Source of the DNA: Leucoraja erinacea
Taxonomy: Eukaryota
Reading direction: 5' to 3'
Length of the DNA stretch: 64,000 bases
Assembly (NCBI RefSeq): GCF_028641065.1
Contig: NW_026575913.1
Location: 1-64,000, forward strand
Position numbers and translations under genes: made by a program. The notes under the pieces were generated by a model. It did not search any database. It saw only the letters and a list, made by a program, of their open reading frames with translations, and was not told the origin of the DNA. Below are positions 25,506-38,826 of this stretch, one piece after another. Every line of letters begins with the position of its first letter. Position 1 is the stretch's first letter.

Positions 25506-27134
25506 TAACCATATAACCAGATAACCATGTAAAAATTACAGCACGGAAACAGGCCATCTCGGCCCTTCAAGTCCGTGCCGAACACTTATGTTCCCCTAGT
25601 CCCATTTACCAGCACTCAGACTATAACCCTCCAGTCCTTTCCCGTCCATATACCTATCCAATTTATTTATCAATAATAAAATCGAACCTGCCTCCACCAC
25701 TTCCACTGGAAGCTCCTTCCACACAGCTACCACTCTCTGAGTAAACGTCCCCCCCCCCCCCCATGTTACCCCTAAACTTATGTCCCTTAAATCTCAGATC
25801 ATGTCCTCTTCTTTGAATCTTCCGTACTGTCAATGGGAAAAGCTAATCAACGTCAACTCTGTCTACCCCTCTCAGCATTTTAAAGACCTCTATCAAGTCC
25901 CCCCTTAACCTTCTGCGCTCTAAAGAATAAAGACCTAACTTGTTCAATCTTTCTCTGTAAGTTGCTGAAACCCAGGCAACATTCTAGTAAATCTCCTCTG
26001 TGCTCATTCTATTTTGTTAACATCCTTCCTATAATTAGGCGACCAAAATTGTACCCATACTCCAGAATAGGCCTCACCAATGCCTTGTACAATTTTAACA
26101 TTAAATCTCAACTTCTATACTCAATGCTCTGATTTATAAAGGCTAGCATACCAAAAGCTTTCTTTACCACCCTATCTACACGAGATTCCACCTTCAGGGA
26201 ACTATGCACAGTTATTCCTAGATCCCTCTGTTCAACTGCATTCCTCAATTCGCTACCATTTACCATGTACATCCTATTTTGATTTGCCCTGCCAAGATGT
26301 AGCATCTCACACTTATCAGCATTAAACTCCATCTGCCATCTTTCAGCCCATTCTTCCAAATGGCCTAAACCTCTCTGTAGACTTTGAAAATCTACTTCAA
26401 CAACCACAACAATTATCCACAACCCCACCTATCTTGGTCTCATCTGCATACTTACTAATCCAATTTACCACACCATCATCCAGATCATTCATGTACATGA
26501 CAAACAACAGTGGACCCAACACAGATCACTAAGGCACCCCAATAGTCACCGGCCTCCAACCTGACAAACAGCCATCCACCATTACTCTGTGGCATCTCCC
26601 ATTCAGACACTGTTGAATCCATCTTGCTACTCCACCATTAATACGCAACAATTGAACCTTCTTAACCAACCTTCCACGAGGAACCTTGTCAAAGGCCTAA
26701 CTAAAGTCCATATGGATAACATCCACCACTTTACGCTCATCAATTTCCCGAGTAACCTCTTCAAAAAATTCAAGAAGATTAGTCAAACATGACCTTCCAG
26801 GCACAAATCCATGTTGCCTGTTCCCAATCAGACCCTGTTTATCCAGGTGCTTTTATATATTATCTCTAAGTATCCTTCCATTAATTTGCCCACCATGGAC
26901 GTCAAACTAACAGGTCTATAATTGCTAGGTTTACATTTAGAACCCTTTTTTAAACAATGGAACAACATGCGCAGTACGCCAATCCTCCAGCACTATTCCC
27001 GTTTCTAATGACATTTGAAATATTTATGTCATAGCCCCTGCTATTTCCACACTAACTTCCCTCAATGTCCTTTGGAATATCCTGTCAGGACCTGGAGACT
27101 TATCCATTTTCATATTTTTCAAAAGTGTCCGTAC
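25506..27134 (-). mobile_element. CR1 family A, 5'-truncated, decayed (in gene A intron)
   Basis: RT fragments 26108-26428 and 27024-27134; tail repeats at 25506-25530. Confidence 0.9.
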
Positions 27135-27985
27135 TTGGTTGCGAGAGTGGGCAGAGAAGTAGCACATGCCAAAAAGTGTAGCAAAGTGTCGCTTCATGTT
27201 TTTTTGGTAGTAGGAATAAAGACATAGACTATTGTCTGAAAGGGGGAGATCCAATAATCAGGGGTGCAAAGGGACACGAGAGTGTTGTTGCAGGATTCCC
27301 AAAAGGTTAATCTGCAAGTCGAATCGGTAGTAAAGAAAGCATGTTCAATGTTATCATTTATTTCAAGAGGACTTGTATACACAAACAGGGATGTAATGCT
27401 GAGGCCCTATAGGGCACTGATGAGGTCGCATTTGGAATATTGTGAGCAATTTTGGGCACCATATTTGAGGAAGGATGTGCTGGCTCAGGAGTGGCTCCAG
27501 AGGAGGTTTACGAGAAGGAACCCAGGAATGAGCAGGTTCACCAATGAGGAGCGTTTGACGACACTGGGCCTGTACTCGCTGGAGTTTAGAAGAATGAGGG
27601 GAGCTTAATTGAAACATACATAATAGTGAAAGGCTTGGATATAGAGGATGTTTCCACGAGTGGGAGACTCAGGGACTAGAGGTTATAGCCCCAGAATTGA
27701 ATGACGTTCTTTTATGAAGGTAATGAGAAATGCATTTTGTCAGAGGGTGGTAAATCTGTGGAATATGTGCCACAGAAGGCTGGAGAGGCCAAGTCAGTGG
27801 ACATTTTTAAGGCAGAGATACTGTATATAGATATATGATTAGTACACGTTGCAGAGGTTATATGGAGAAGGCAGGCGAATGGGGTAGGAGGGAGAGATGG
27901 ATCAGACATAATTGAATGGCGGAATGGATTGATGGGCCGAATGGACTAATTCTACTTCAATCATCCATAACCTTATGACTTTGTG
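27135..27985 (+). mobile_element. Older CR1 3' fragment (in gene A intron)
   Basis: ORF 27264-27608 contains RSHLEYCEQFWAPYLRKD. Confidence 0.85.
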
Positions 27986-28283
27986 AATAAAAACAGCGTT
28001 CACCATGTTGTCACTTGCACCTGACACGTTTTTCAATGATCATGTCTGAATTTTATTCTTGTTTTCTGCACTAACCTAATTTTTCTTAATAAATACAAAT
28101 CGCCAATATTTGTATATCCGTTTTGCCTGCATCTCATCGTTCCGGTGCTGGAGCGATTTAATAAGAAAAGCATCTTATAAAACATTCTCATAGAGGAAAT
28201 CATATTTCTTCTTCGTGCATACTTGAAACGTATTTTACAATGAAACTTCAAAGCTATCATAGACACAAGCTGGAGTAACTAAG

Positions 28284-29060
28284 GAGAGGAAAACGAAGGA
28301 GCTGATCATGGACTTTAGGAGGGCACATCATCCGAGGACGTACACTCCATTGAGTATAAATGGGGATCCTGTGGATAGGGTGAACTGTTTTAAATATCTG
28401 GGAGTCCACATCTCTGAGGATATGACATGGTCATCACACGCCTCAGTACTGGTGAGTAAGGCAAGGCAGCGCCTTTACCACCTCAGGCAATTGAGGAAAT
28501 TCAGAGTGTCTCCGAGGATCCTACAGTGCTTCTACGCAGCAGCGGTGGAAAGCATCTTGTCCGGGAACATTACCATCTGGTTCGGGAATTGCTCTGCCAA
28601 GGACAAGAAGGCTCTGCAGAGAGTAGTGCGTTCGGCCGAACGCACTATGGGAACTTCACTCACCCCCCTGCAGGAACTATACAACAGGAGGTGCAACTCC
28701 AGAGCAAACAAAATCATGAGAGACCTCTTCCACCCCTACAACGGACTGTTCCAGCCGCTACGGTCAGGCAAACGGCTCCGTTGCCATGCAGTGAGAACGG
28801 AGAGGTTGAGAAGGAGTTTCTTCCCAGAGGCAATTCGGACTGTAAACGCCTTTCTCACCAGGGACTAACTCTACAGAACGTTTTTCCTTCTATTATTTAT
28901 TATGTAAAAGAATATGTGTGTTATGATTGTGTTTATAATTTGTTTGGTTGTTTTGTTGTTTGTCTTTTGCACAAAAGTCCGCGAGCATTGCCACTTTCAT
29001 TTCACTGCACATCTCGTATGTGTATGTGACAAATAAACTTGACTTGACTTGACTTGACTT
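28284..29060 (+). mobile_element. Rex/Babar-type LINE, 5'-truncated, with 11-bp TSD
   Basis: ORF 28308-28868 (FKYLGVHISEDMTW, KARQRLYHLRQL, SFFPEAI); (ACTTG)n tail; GAGTAACTAAG at 28273-28283 and 29061-29071. Confidence 0.9.
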
Positions 29061-29317
29061 GAGTAACTAAGCGAGTCAGGCAACATCTAATTCGCAGAAT
29101 AACACCAACTTGTTGTGTCTATCTTCGGTGTCAACAACTGCATTTCCTTCCTGCACTTCAAATCGATCATTCCAGGATTTCAATATTTCTGATCGTTTCA
29201 CTCGCATCGCAAACCTCGCGAGATTGTTAGCTCCTAGATGGCAAGTTCCTTGTTTCCATTTGCATTCTCTTTGGTAAAAGGACGGTATTCTTTGGTAAAG
29301 GAATTTAGCGAACAACA

Positions 29318-31422
29318 TAAAAACTAATAGTAAGAGTTTTTATAGCTATATAAAAAGAAAAAGGGTGGCTAAGGTGAACGTTGGTCCATTGGAGGGTGAG
29401 ACTGGAGAGTTGTTGGTGGGGAACATGGAAATGGCAAAGGCATTAAACGAGTATTTTGTATCAGTCTTCACCATAGAAGACACAAAAAATATTCCAACGC
29501 TGGATAAACAGGGGGCGGTAGGAATGGAGGAGCTAAATACTATTAAGATCACCAAGGAGGTGGTATTAGGGAAATTAATGAGACTGAAGGAGGATAAATC
29601 CCCTGGGCCTGATGGATTACATCCAAGGGTCTTGAGGGAGATAGCGGCGGGGATTGTGGATGCATTGGTGATAATTTTCCAAAACTCCCTGGAGGCAGGA
29701 ACGGTCCCAGTGGATTGGAAAATGGCCAATGTAACACCTATATTTAAAAAAGGAAGTAAACAGAAGGCGGGTAACTATAGACCGGTTAGTCTAACATCGG
29801 TGGTGGGTAAAATGTTAGAGACAATTATTAAAGAAACACTAACGGGGCACTTGGATAAACATGACTTAATCGGACAGAACCAGCATGGTTTTGTGAAGGG
29901 GAAGTCCTGTTTAACGAATCTGCTCGAATTCTTTGAGGAAGTAACAACCCGGGTGGATAAAGGGGAACGGTGGATGTGGTATACTTGGACTTCCAAAAGG
30001 CTTTTGACAAGGTGCCACATAAGAGACTATTGCTAAAAATAAAAAATTATGGGATTGGGGGTAATATATTAGCATGGGTAGAGGATTGGCTAACAAATAG
30101 GAAGCAGAGAGTGGGGATAAATGGTTCATACTCGGGATGGCAACCGGTAACTAGCGGGGTTCCGCAAGGGTCGGTGCTGGGACCCCAGTTGTTCACAATT
30201 TATATAAATGATTTGGAGGAGGGAACCAAGTGTAATATATCAAAATTTGCGGACGATACAAAAATGGGAGGAAAAGTAAGGGATGAGGAGGATAGGAAGA
30301 GTCTGCAAAAGGATATAGATAAGCTAGGTGAGTGGGCAACAACTTGGCAGATGAAATTTAATACTAATAAATGTGAAGTCGTTCACTTTGGGAAAAAAAA
30401 TGATAGGGCAAGTTATTTTCTAAATGAGGAGGAGCTGCGTTGTAATGCAACGCAAAGGGATCTAGGGGTATTAGTACATGAATCACTGAAAGTTAGTATG
30501 CAGGTGCAGCAAGCAATCAGGAAGGCCAATGGAGTTTTGGCCTTTATTGCTAGGGGGATTGAGTATAAAAACACGGAGGTCTTGCTGCAGCTGTACACAG
30601 TATTAGTGAGACCACATTTGGAATACTGTGTACAGTTCTGGGGTCCATACTTAAGAAAGGATGTACTAGCCCTGGAGGCAGTGCAGCGAAGGTTTACAAG
30701 ATTAATTCCTGCAATGAGGGGATTGACATATGAGGAAAGGTTAAGTAGGCTGGAACTCTACTCTTTGGAGTTTAGAAGAATGAGAGGCGATCTCATTGAA
30801 ACATATAAGATCGTGAGGGGCCTTGATCGGGTGGATGCACCGAGGATGTTCCCAATGATCGGGGAAACTAGAACTAGGGGACATAGTTGCAGAATAAGGG
30901 GGGGCTCTTTTAAAACTGAGATGAGGAAGAACTTCTTCACCCAGAGGGTGGTTAATTTATGGAATTCACTGCCCCAGGGAGCAGTGGAAGCAGAAACTTT
31001 AAATATATTTAAGACTAAAATAGATGTTTTTTTAGCTGCCAAGGGGATAAGGGGCTACGGGGAGAGGGCAGGGATATGGACCTAGGTATGGTTAGTATAG
31101 TAAGACCTGAGTGATCTCCTGGACAAGTGTCGATCGCCTGGATTGGGGTCGGAGAGGAATTTCCCGGATTTTTTTTCCCGAATTGGACCTGGGTTTTTAT
31201 CCGTTTTTTTGCCTCCCCCAGGAGATCACGAGGTTCTTGGGGTGGAGAGGGGTGATAGCGGTAAAAAGGGGAGGGTAGTGTCTTGTGTTCTGTGTCTTGT
31301 GTCTATTGTTTGTGGGTAAGTGTGTCTGTTTAGTGTTCAGCCATGAGCGAATGGCGGTGCGGGCTCGACGGACCTGGTGGTCTACTCTCGCACCTACTTT
31401 CTATGATTCTATGATTCTATGA
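29318..31422 (+). mobile_element. CR1 family C, 5'-truncated (in gene A intron, antisense to the gene)
   Basis: ORFs 29365-30036 and 29970-31085 form one RT with a single frameshift; the (TTCTATGA)n tail ends about 30 bp from the gene A donor. Confidence 0.93.
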
Positions 31423-31453
31423 CGAAATCAACGAATATCAGTTTCTAACTCAC

Positions 31454-31523
31454 CTGGAATGCCAATCAGTGCGAGAATGGGATAGTAAATATCTTCAATC
31501 TGTGGGATTATAGGTAGCTCCAT
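31454..31523 (-). pseudogene. GPCR gene A, coding exon 1 (MELPIIPQIEDIYYPILALIGIP+G)
   Basis: Minus-strand ATG at 31523; 70 nt ending in a G|GTGAGT donor; clearly paralogous to gene B exon 1; phase 1 joins in frame to the acceptor at 24396/24395 (..GIP-G-NLM..). Confidence 0.85.
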
Positions 31524-31555
31524 TGCGTTTACGGCTGAACTTTACGATATGATGA

Positions 31556-32392
31556 CATTTAATTTCAATTTTCAATTTAATTCAATTTAATTGTCATTTG
31601 GACCCCTTGAGGTCCAAACGAAATGCCGTTTCTGCAGCCATACATTACAAACAAATAGACCCAAGACACAACATAATTTGCATTTTACATAAACATCCAT
31701 CACATCGCTGTGATGGAAGGCCAAAAAAACGTATCTCTCCACTGCACTCTCCCCCCCCCCCCCCATGTCAGAGTCAAAGTCAAAGCCCCCGGCTGGCGAT
31801 GGCGATGGTCCCGCGGCCATTAAAGCCACGCCGGGTGATGCAAGGTCGCACACCGGGTCTTGGTGTTAGAGCCCCCGGCGTGCGCTCGCAGAGTCCCGCG
31901 GCCATTCCAAGCCGCGCGGGGCGGTGATGTCAGGCCCCGCTCCAGGAGCTCTTCAACCCCGCAACTCGGGCGGGAGAAGTCGCCGTTGCAGGAGCCCTGA
32001 AAAGCGGTCTCCCTCCAGGGACCCGCGGGCTCCCGGTGCCGCCGTCCGCAGACCCGCAGTAGCAGCCTCCGAATCTCCGGAGGTCGGGCCGCAGCAGCAG
32101 TAGCAGCAGCGCTCCACCACCGCTCCACCCGCTCCGGACTCAGCCAGCTCCGCGACGAGGTGAGTCAGCACCAGAGTCCCCGGTCTTCTCCTGTTGGAGG
32201 CCGCTCCATATTGCAGCCCCAACCGTGCAGGGAGAGATTTAAAAGTTACCCCCTCCCTCCCACCCACCCCCCACACACACACACACCCCAACAAAAAATA
32301 ACAAAAACTACATAAAAACATAGACAAAAATAATAAAAACACGGACGGGCTGCAGAGGCCGCTGCTGACGTGAGTCGCGCCGCCTACCGGAC
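31556..32392 (-). mobile_element. GC-rich non-autonomous retroelement with 9-bp TSD, in the 5'UTR of gene A
   Basis: ATATGATGA at 31547-31555 and 32393-32401; the minus strand ends ATGACAATTAAA(TTGAA)n, like a LINE tail; no credible ORF. Confidence 0.75.
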
Positions 32393-32419
32393 ATATGATG
32401 AGATCTTTGCAATGAACAC

Positions 32420-32475
32420 CATTTATATATTTGAGCAGTTGTACATGAGGTCAGACCTGTTTCATTAATTTGCTG
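32420..32475 (-). promoter_or_regulatory. Putative proximal promoter of gene A (AATTAATGAA..TATATAAAT), displaced by an 837-bp insertion
   Basis: Minus-strand TATAAA at 32427-32422; removing the 31556-32392 insertion places it about 58 bp upstream of the ATG. Confidence 0.5.
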
Positions 32476-33469
32476 AAGCAGCTGTTGCAAATTATACCTT
32501 CAGCAGGCCTGCTTGAACACGTTGCCGAAACACCTATTTTTACTCCATTCCTCAGAGGGAAAAAATAACCCTGTTTCGCACATCTCATGTAGTCATAGTA
32601 ACTCGCCTTTTTTCCTCCATAAAGTGAAATTATTGAGTCGGGCAAAGATACAAATCTAACTTTTACTTATTTCCGCCGTAATAACTGTCAAATTGACACA
32701 ATATATGCTTACTGATCAACCTCTAAGGAATAATGAAAGAGGTGCTGAATAGGATAGGGTTAGTGGCATATGGACGGGTGTAGATGGGTCATGTTGGTTG
32801 GAGCGGGCAAGATGGGCCGATGGGCCTGTTTCCACGCTGTATGACCCTATGTCTCTTTGATGGAATTGGTTTCATTTAGATTCGGAGATACACAGCTATG
32901 AGTTTTACCAAGAGATGAGCCTTTTTATGAAGGTTATCTAAATAGATGGACCACGCGAGTTACTCGGTAGACCACAGGTTTAACATAGAACATTGATTTC
33001 TGTAGCAATCAATTTGAATTGAAGGGCCGCTCATCTCATATAAAATGCTTCAGCGAAGGAGGAATGATGGATTCGTATGCTTCCAAGTTACAATTATTTT
33101 ATTGCCTATTTTCACAGACATGGTGTGGGTTGAAACTCAACCTAATAGTTATATAAAATAGTCGAACGCGTCAGTCCTCAATGACGTTTGACATCCAGAC
33201 GCTTCGTGGGTGAGATGATATTTATTATATGGGGAAAATGAGGCGAAATATATACAATTGGGCTCATCTTTACATTATCTCCACTTGCAAACTCTTCTGG
33301 GTACTTTCGTCTTCAAGCTTTGTGGACGAACGGATAAATGGGTAGTTATAGCGCAGTCAAATACGTTTGTATTTCATTTGGATTTGAATATGAGGACGTA
33401 CTGCAATCTACAAGTATCAGTTTTGTGAACCAACCCGCACAAATGCAAGTGGCACCATCAATGACGAGG

Positions 33470-34410
33470 CCCTCACTAGGGTTTCCTCGATATCCCGCAG
33501 CTTCGCTCCGCTCTCGCCATCTCCAACGGGATCCCACAGCTCGCCGAATCTTCCCATCTCCACTTCATTCCGCTTTCGGCAGAGAACGTTCCCTCCGTAA
33601 ATCCCAGATCAACTCGTCCCTCCTACCACCCCCCCCCCCCCCCCCCCCCCTCCCCCGCCCCAACCGCCCCCTGCCCAGGTACTTTCCCCTGCAACCGCAA
33701 GAAACGCGACATATGTGCGTAAAACCCCCCCCCCCCCCCCCCCCCCACGATTCTGTCCAAGGATCCAGACTTTTTTTTTCAGGTGAGGCAGAGGTTCACT
33801 TGCCCCTCTTCCAACTATCTCCTGTATCTTCTGTTCCAGGTGCGGTCTCCTATTTATCGGCGAGACCAAGCGCCGGCTCGCGAATCATTTCACTGACCTC
33901 TACCGCCCAGACCTACCTGATCTCCGGTTTGCTGGATACTTTAACTCCTCCTCCCATTCCCACACCGACCTCTCTGTCCTGGGTCCCCTCCATTGTCAGA
34001 GTGAGGCCCAGTGCAGATTGAGGGAACAGTACCCCATATTGTGCTTGGCCATCTTACAGCACAGCGATATGAACATAGAATTATGTAACTTCAAGTAACC
34101 CTTGCTCTCCCTCTATCTCCATCTCCCCCTTCCCAGTTCTCCGACCATTCTTACCAAATATTATCTCTGTTTGTTTTGATGTTACCTTCTCCCTGCTAAC
34201 AATTATATATTCTACAATGTCCTTGATTCCATTCCCTGTGTCCTGTTTTCACACCTTACATTTCCTTATCTATGTTTCTGCCTCCCCTGAGAGCACAACG
34301 ATCTACACCATTCACTATCGCGGACATTGGCTGAAGAATGAATGGGACCCGCAATTTCACATTTGCATGTTCTTCAGGGATGCTGCCTGACCCGCCGTCA
34401 CTCAGGCATT
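33470..34410 (+). mobile_element. Penelope-like element 3' part (GIY-YIG region), decayed
   Basis: HLQRDPT..IFPSP..SAF.R.RSLR, PGTFPCNRKK, QVRQRFTC and CSRCGLLFIGETKR across frames. Confidence 0.8.
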
Positions 34411-34832
34411 TGTTGACCATGGATTTCTTCTTTCCACTTATGTGTTCCGTTTTGTAGTATTTTTTCCTTTCATTGTCTTGCGGAATCTATGTGTAATATG
34501 AGACCGCCGTGTTCAACACCTCCGGGCTGCGGGTCTGCGGAGCGGAGCGGGCGTCGCCGACTTCATCATCTGGAGCCTGGGAGCTCCAAACCGGCTTCGG
34601 AAGCCGCGGTTTCCAACCAGAAAGCGGCCGTTCCAGGTGGCCCAGCCGCTGAGTGGACTTTCCCGACGCCGGGTCAACACCGCCCGGTGAGAACGGCCAG
34701 GAACATCGGGCCTCCGTAGAGGCAAATGCGGTGGCCTCAATAGACCTGACTGGGGTGAACTTGGGGATGGGGACTGGACATTGTGGATGTATTTTTTGTC
34801 TGTAATGTATTTTTTGTCTGTAATGTAATCCT

Positions 34833-35066
34833 GTTAGTCTTTGTCCAAGATGGCTGCCGTGAAGGGAGAGTGGACGCTGGCGCGCTTTGGCTGCTGCTGC
34901 TCTCTCTTCACATTGTGTTTTTGATTTTCTGTTATTGGACTGAATTCTGTTTTTAGTTTGTGTCTGTGATGTCTTTATTATTTATTTTATTCTGATTATA
35001 TGTTTATATTCCTGTTAATCTATGTAAGGTGTCCTTGAGATGTCTAAAAGGCGCCCAATGTAAAAT

Positions 35067-35102
<36 letters not shown>
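34833..35102 (+). mobile_element. Short non-autonomous element with an L2-like 3' end and (TAT)11 tail
   Basis: CAAGATGGCTGCC head; TGTAAGGTGTCCTTGAG..AAAAGGCGC end; (TAT)n at 35068-35100. Confidence 0.55.
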
Positions 35103-35103
<1 letters not shown>

Positions 35104-35226
35104 TTATTAATATGCACCACATGTATGTATTATGCGTTTGTCTGTTTGTCTCTGTCTATTTACCTGCGATCCTGCTGCTCGCAAGATTTTCATTGTACCA
35201 GTACCTTCATCAATTTGTGGAATACA

Positions 35227-36026
35227 ATATATACATCACAATAAAGTCTACACTATATTCATCAATGTTCGTTAAATGCCAGACATGCCTTAATACAATT
35301 TAAAGTACTACATAGATCACATTATTCTAAAACAAAACTAAATAGAATCTTCCCACATATCGCTCCTATTGATGATAAATGTCAGAATCTAGAGGTTAAC
35401 TTAATGCATACTTTTGTAAATTGTATAAAAATAAAAATAAATCAGGATTGGTATTTTTTGAATAATTTCTGAACTTGTCAATACTCAATTGGATCCAGAC
35501 TCAACACTGATAATACTAGAAATATCAGAACAATGCCTAACACTGACAACTAGCCAAATATACGCTCTCGATTATAGTATAATAACTAACCGGGGAAAAA
35601 TTAATATTAACATTTTGGATAGTGGATTATGGAAATGTCGGAGACCCTACACCTGGAAAGAATTAGACTTGTCAATGGACAAACAAGAACTTTTTGTCAG
35701 AATATGGTCTCCATTCATTGACTATTTGAAGGGGTAGATTGGTTCAGCACGGGGACCTAACTGTAGTTTGAACTCAGGATTAGATGAAAAGTTATACTTT
35801 ATAATTTACGAACTTATCTCCAATTATATATTATTAGTAAATTATTCCATTCTTCTTTTTCATGCCTTTTGTTTTTTTTTCTTTCTCTCTTACTCTCCTA
35901 TATAAAAAAAAACTAGAAGCAGAATCAATACAAAACTGATAATATTATTAATGTCCGATTGATATACATGAAATGTTTTTATTATGATATGTGCTTGCTT
36001 CTAATAAAAATATATATTCAAAAAAA
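35227..36026 (+). mobile_element. L1/Tx1-clade LINE 3' fragment
   Basis: HRSHYSKTKLNRIFPHIAP..DKC..LMHTFVNC resembles a C-terminal Cys/His domain; AATAAA and A-tail; possible 12-bp TSD TTGTGGAATACA (35215-35226, 36027-36038). Confidence 0.7.
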
Positions 36027-36441
36027 TTGTGGAATACACTGGAATGCGTGAGTGAACATTGTGGTCAGAAACCGATGTGACGTCATTTGCCCGCTTTTTA
36101 AAGTCTCCAGTTGGTTTTAAATGTACATAAACGTATAAACGGAAATACATTGATTGTCAGATTTTCATTGAGTCCTGGTGAATACAAATGAATTAATATG
36201 AATCTAAATATTGTGTCCTGCACATGTGGTAAAGAATGTGGAGAGTCAAGGTGTGTGAGATTCACGCGGGATGTCTAGTTCCCGACCTTTTCGGTGCAGT
36301 ACTTAATGCCATCGGCCCATTTGAGTTGTTGGTTAATAGTGAGTCCAGATAGATAAGCAAGCATAACATCACCGAATATCAATGGAAGTTGGTTTCATAA
36401 AGCTCTTGTTGGAGAGCCTTATGCCCTGGTTATTCTTGCTG

Positions 36442-37211
36442 TAACCATATAACCATATAACAATTACAGCACGGAAACAGACCATCTCGACCCTTCTAGT
36501 CCGTGCCGAACACGTATTCTCCCCTAGTCCCATATACCTGCGCTCAGACCATAACCCCCCATTCCTTTCTCAACATATAACTAACCAATTTATTTTTAAA
36601 TGATAAAAACGAACCTGCCTCCACCACCTTCACTGGAAGCTCATTCCACACAGCCACCACTCTCTGAGTAAAGAAGTTCCCCCTCATGTTACCCCTAACC
36701 TTCTGTCCCTTAAATCTCAAGTCATGTCCCCTTGTTTGCATCTTCCCTCCTCTCAGTGGGAAAAGCTTATCCACGTCAACTCTGTCTATCCCTCTCATCA
36801 TTTTAAAGACCTCTATCAAGTCCCCCCTTAACCTTCTGCGCTCCAAAGAATAAAGCCCTAACTTGTCCAACCTTTCTCTGTAACTTAGTTGCTGAAACCC
36901 AGGCAACATTCTAGTAAATCTCCTCTGTACTCTCTCTATTTTGTTGACATCCTTCCTATAATTAGGCGACCAAAATTGTACCCCATACTCCAGAATTGGC
37001 CTCACCAATGCCTTGTACAATTTTAACATTACATCCCAACTTCTACACTCAATGCTCTGATTTATAAAGGCCAGCACATCAAAAGCTTTCTTTACCACCC
37101 TATCTACATGAGATTCCACTTTCAGGGAACTGTGCACAGTTATTCCCAGATCCCTCTGTTCACATGCACTCTTCAATTCCCTACCATTTACCATGTACGT
37201 CATATTTTGAT
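36442..37211 (-). mobile_element. CR1 family A, 5'-truncated, just upstream of the gene B promoter
   Basis: ORF 36544-37203; tail at 36442-36460. Confidence 0.93.
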
Positions 37212-37249
37212 TCTTTGACGCTGCTGAATGTGTTTGTTTAACTTGGTGT

Positions 37250-37312
37250 GACTAATTCGGATCATTAAACAAAACGTACTGATCTGTGTCTGTTTTTCTG
37301 TTTAAATACGAC
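37250..37312 (+). promoter_or_regulatory. Putative proximal promoter of gene B (CTAAT..CATTAAA..TTTAAATACGA)
   Basis: TATA-like TTTAAATACGA lies 70 bp upstream of the ATG; motif order matches the sequence upstream of gene C. Confidence 0.5.
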
Positions 37313-37370
37313 CCTAGCCGGAGAGTTCGATGTTCACACCCCCGCCAAGAACAGTTTACTGATGCAGATT

Positions 37371-37440
37371 ATGGGGCAGCCGGTCATCATACAGATAGAG
37401 AATATCTACTACCCCATTCTCGCAATAATTGGAGTTCCTG
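37371..37440 (+). CDS. GPCR gene B, coding exon 1 (MGQPVIIQIENIYYPILAIIGVP+G), GPR139/GPR142-like orphan class A receptor
   Basis: ATG at 37371; 70 nt (23 codons + 1) ending in a canonical G|GTAAGT donor. It encodes the N-terminus and first half of TM1, and the phase-1 join is in frame with the exon at 47947 (..GVP-A-NLM..). Confidence 0.88.
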
Positions 37441-37934
37441 GTAAGTCTGTGAAAAAGTCAATCATTTAAAAATGTTTACCTGTTTACTTATTTCTGCAGT
37501 CGGAGTAATTGCACTACATGTTGATATAGTTCGTGGTCATAAAGGAAGTAAAATTACATAAGTATACATTGCCGAGAAGTCTGGGATGCAGCAATATTGA
37601 TTGTCTATTTATCACATTAAATTTATGGTTTTGACTTATCGTAAAACCGTATGGGGACTTGGCCAACGATCAGCATGAGATTTTTTCGAAGCTGGTCAAA
37701 AAGGCAACTATTCAAGAGCGAAGTGCGTGTGTATCATATGCACCGGGAGCGGACCAGTGAAATTCTTAATTGCAGCAGGAAAACATGTCTGCAACACGAA
37801 CATTCTAGCGGTCAAACAGGACCATTAACAAAAATGCCACAAAAAATAAACATACAATAATAACTAGTACAAGGAATTAATTACCAGTCGTACAAGATAG
37901 CCGCAATAGTGCAAAGTCGAATTCAAATAATTCA

Positions 37935-38220
37935 AAGTTTTAGAATAAAGTGGAGGCCATTGGAGGACTGAGGTGAGAAAAACTTGTTCACCCAAAGAGT
38001 TGTGAATTTATGGAATTCCCTGCCCCAGAGGGCAGTGGAGACCAAATCACTGGATGGATTTCAGAGAGAGTTAGATGGAGCTCTAATGACTTGTGGAATC
38101 AAGGGATATGGGGAGAAGACAGGCACGGGTTATTGATTGGGGACGATCAATGAATTGCGGTGCTGGCTCGAAGGGCCGAATGGCCTCCCATTGCACCTGT
38201 TTTCTATGTTTCTATGTTTC
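37935..38220 (+). mobile_element. CR1 family B-like 3' fragment
   Basis: Encodes FTQRVVNLWNSLPQRAV; (TTTCTATG)n tail. Confidence 0.8.
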
Positions 38221-38409
38221 AAAAGTGCAAACAAAATCGAAGTCAAGAGAAGATCTTTCTTGCCGAGGTAGTGGTTAATGTTGTATAGTCTGTTCAGGGA
38301 CTTGATGTTTGTTGGGAAGAAGCGGTTCGTGCACCTGGTGATCACAGTTTTCGGCCTCTTCTACTTGGGATTACGCGGTATTTTCCGACCACAAGGTAAC
38401 TGATCAAAA

Positions 38410-38800
38410 CCTCTCCCTCTATGATCAGATTAGTCCGCTTGTTAAGACTGTAATATGTTTATATTGTGTTCCATTAGTTAGCGGATAGTGTTTTTATAGA
38501 ACTGGTAGTACTCGGGATAAAGTTAATGTGGCTTATGAAAGGAAAAAGCTTAGAGATGTAGATTTGGTGGCAGAAGTTGAACAGCGAGGATGGAAAGCAA
38601 GAGTATATCTGGTCGGGGCGGGTTGTAGGGATTTCATAGCCCGGTCGATCCTGTCGCCATTTGGAGAGCTGGGAATTCGCGGACAGACTATGTTTCAGGC
38701 CGTAAAGGGAATGTCAGAGGCAGCAGAGCAAGGCAGGAGGTGGATTTGGTGGAGAAGAAACAGTGGCATTTGAGGCAGAAATGATATGTATAACACGCGG
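38410..38800 (+). mobile_element. Hero/R2-group non-LTR element, C-terminal restriction-like endonuclease fragment
   Basis: IEL....AYERKKLR..LVAEVEQRGWKARVY.V..GCR.FIA..WIWWRR matches the usual C-terminus of this clade. Confidence 0.7.
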
Positions 38801-38826
38801 TAAGTGTATTTCTTTACAAGTGCATT

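Noticed and set aside
33338-34021. 227-aa proline-rich ORF
   Set aside because: Frameshifted Penelope remnant with poly-C runs.
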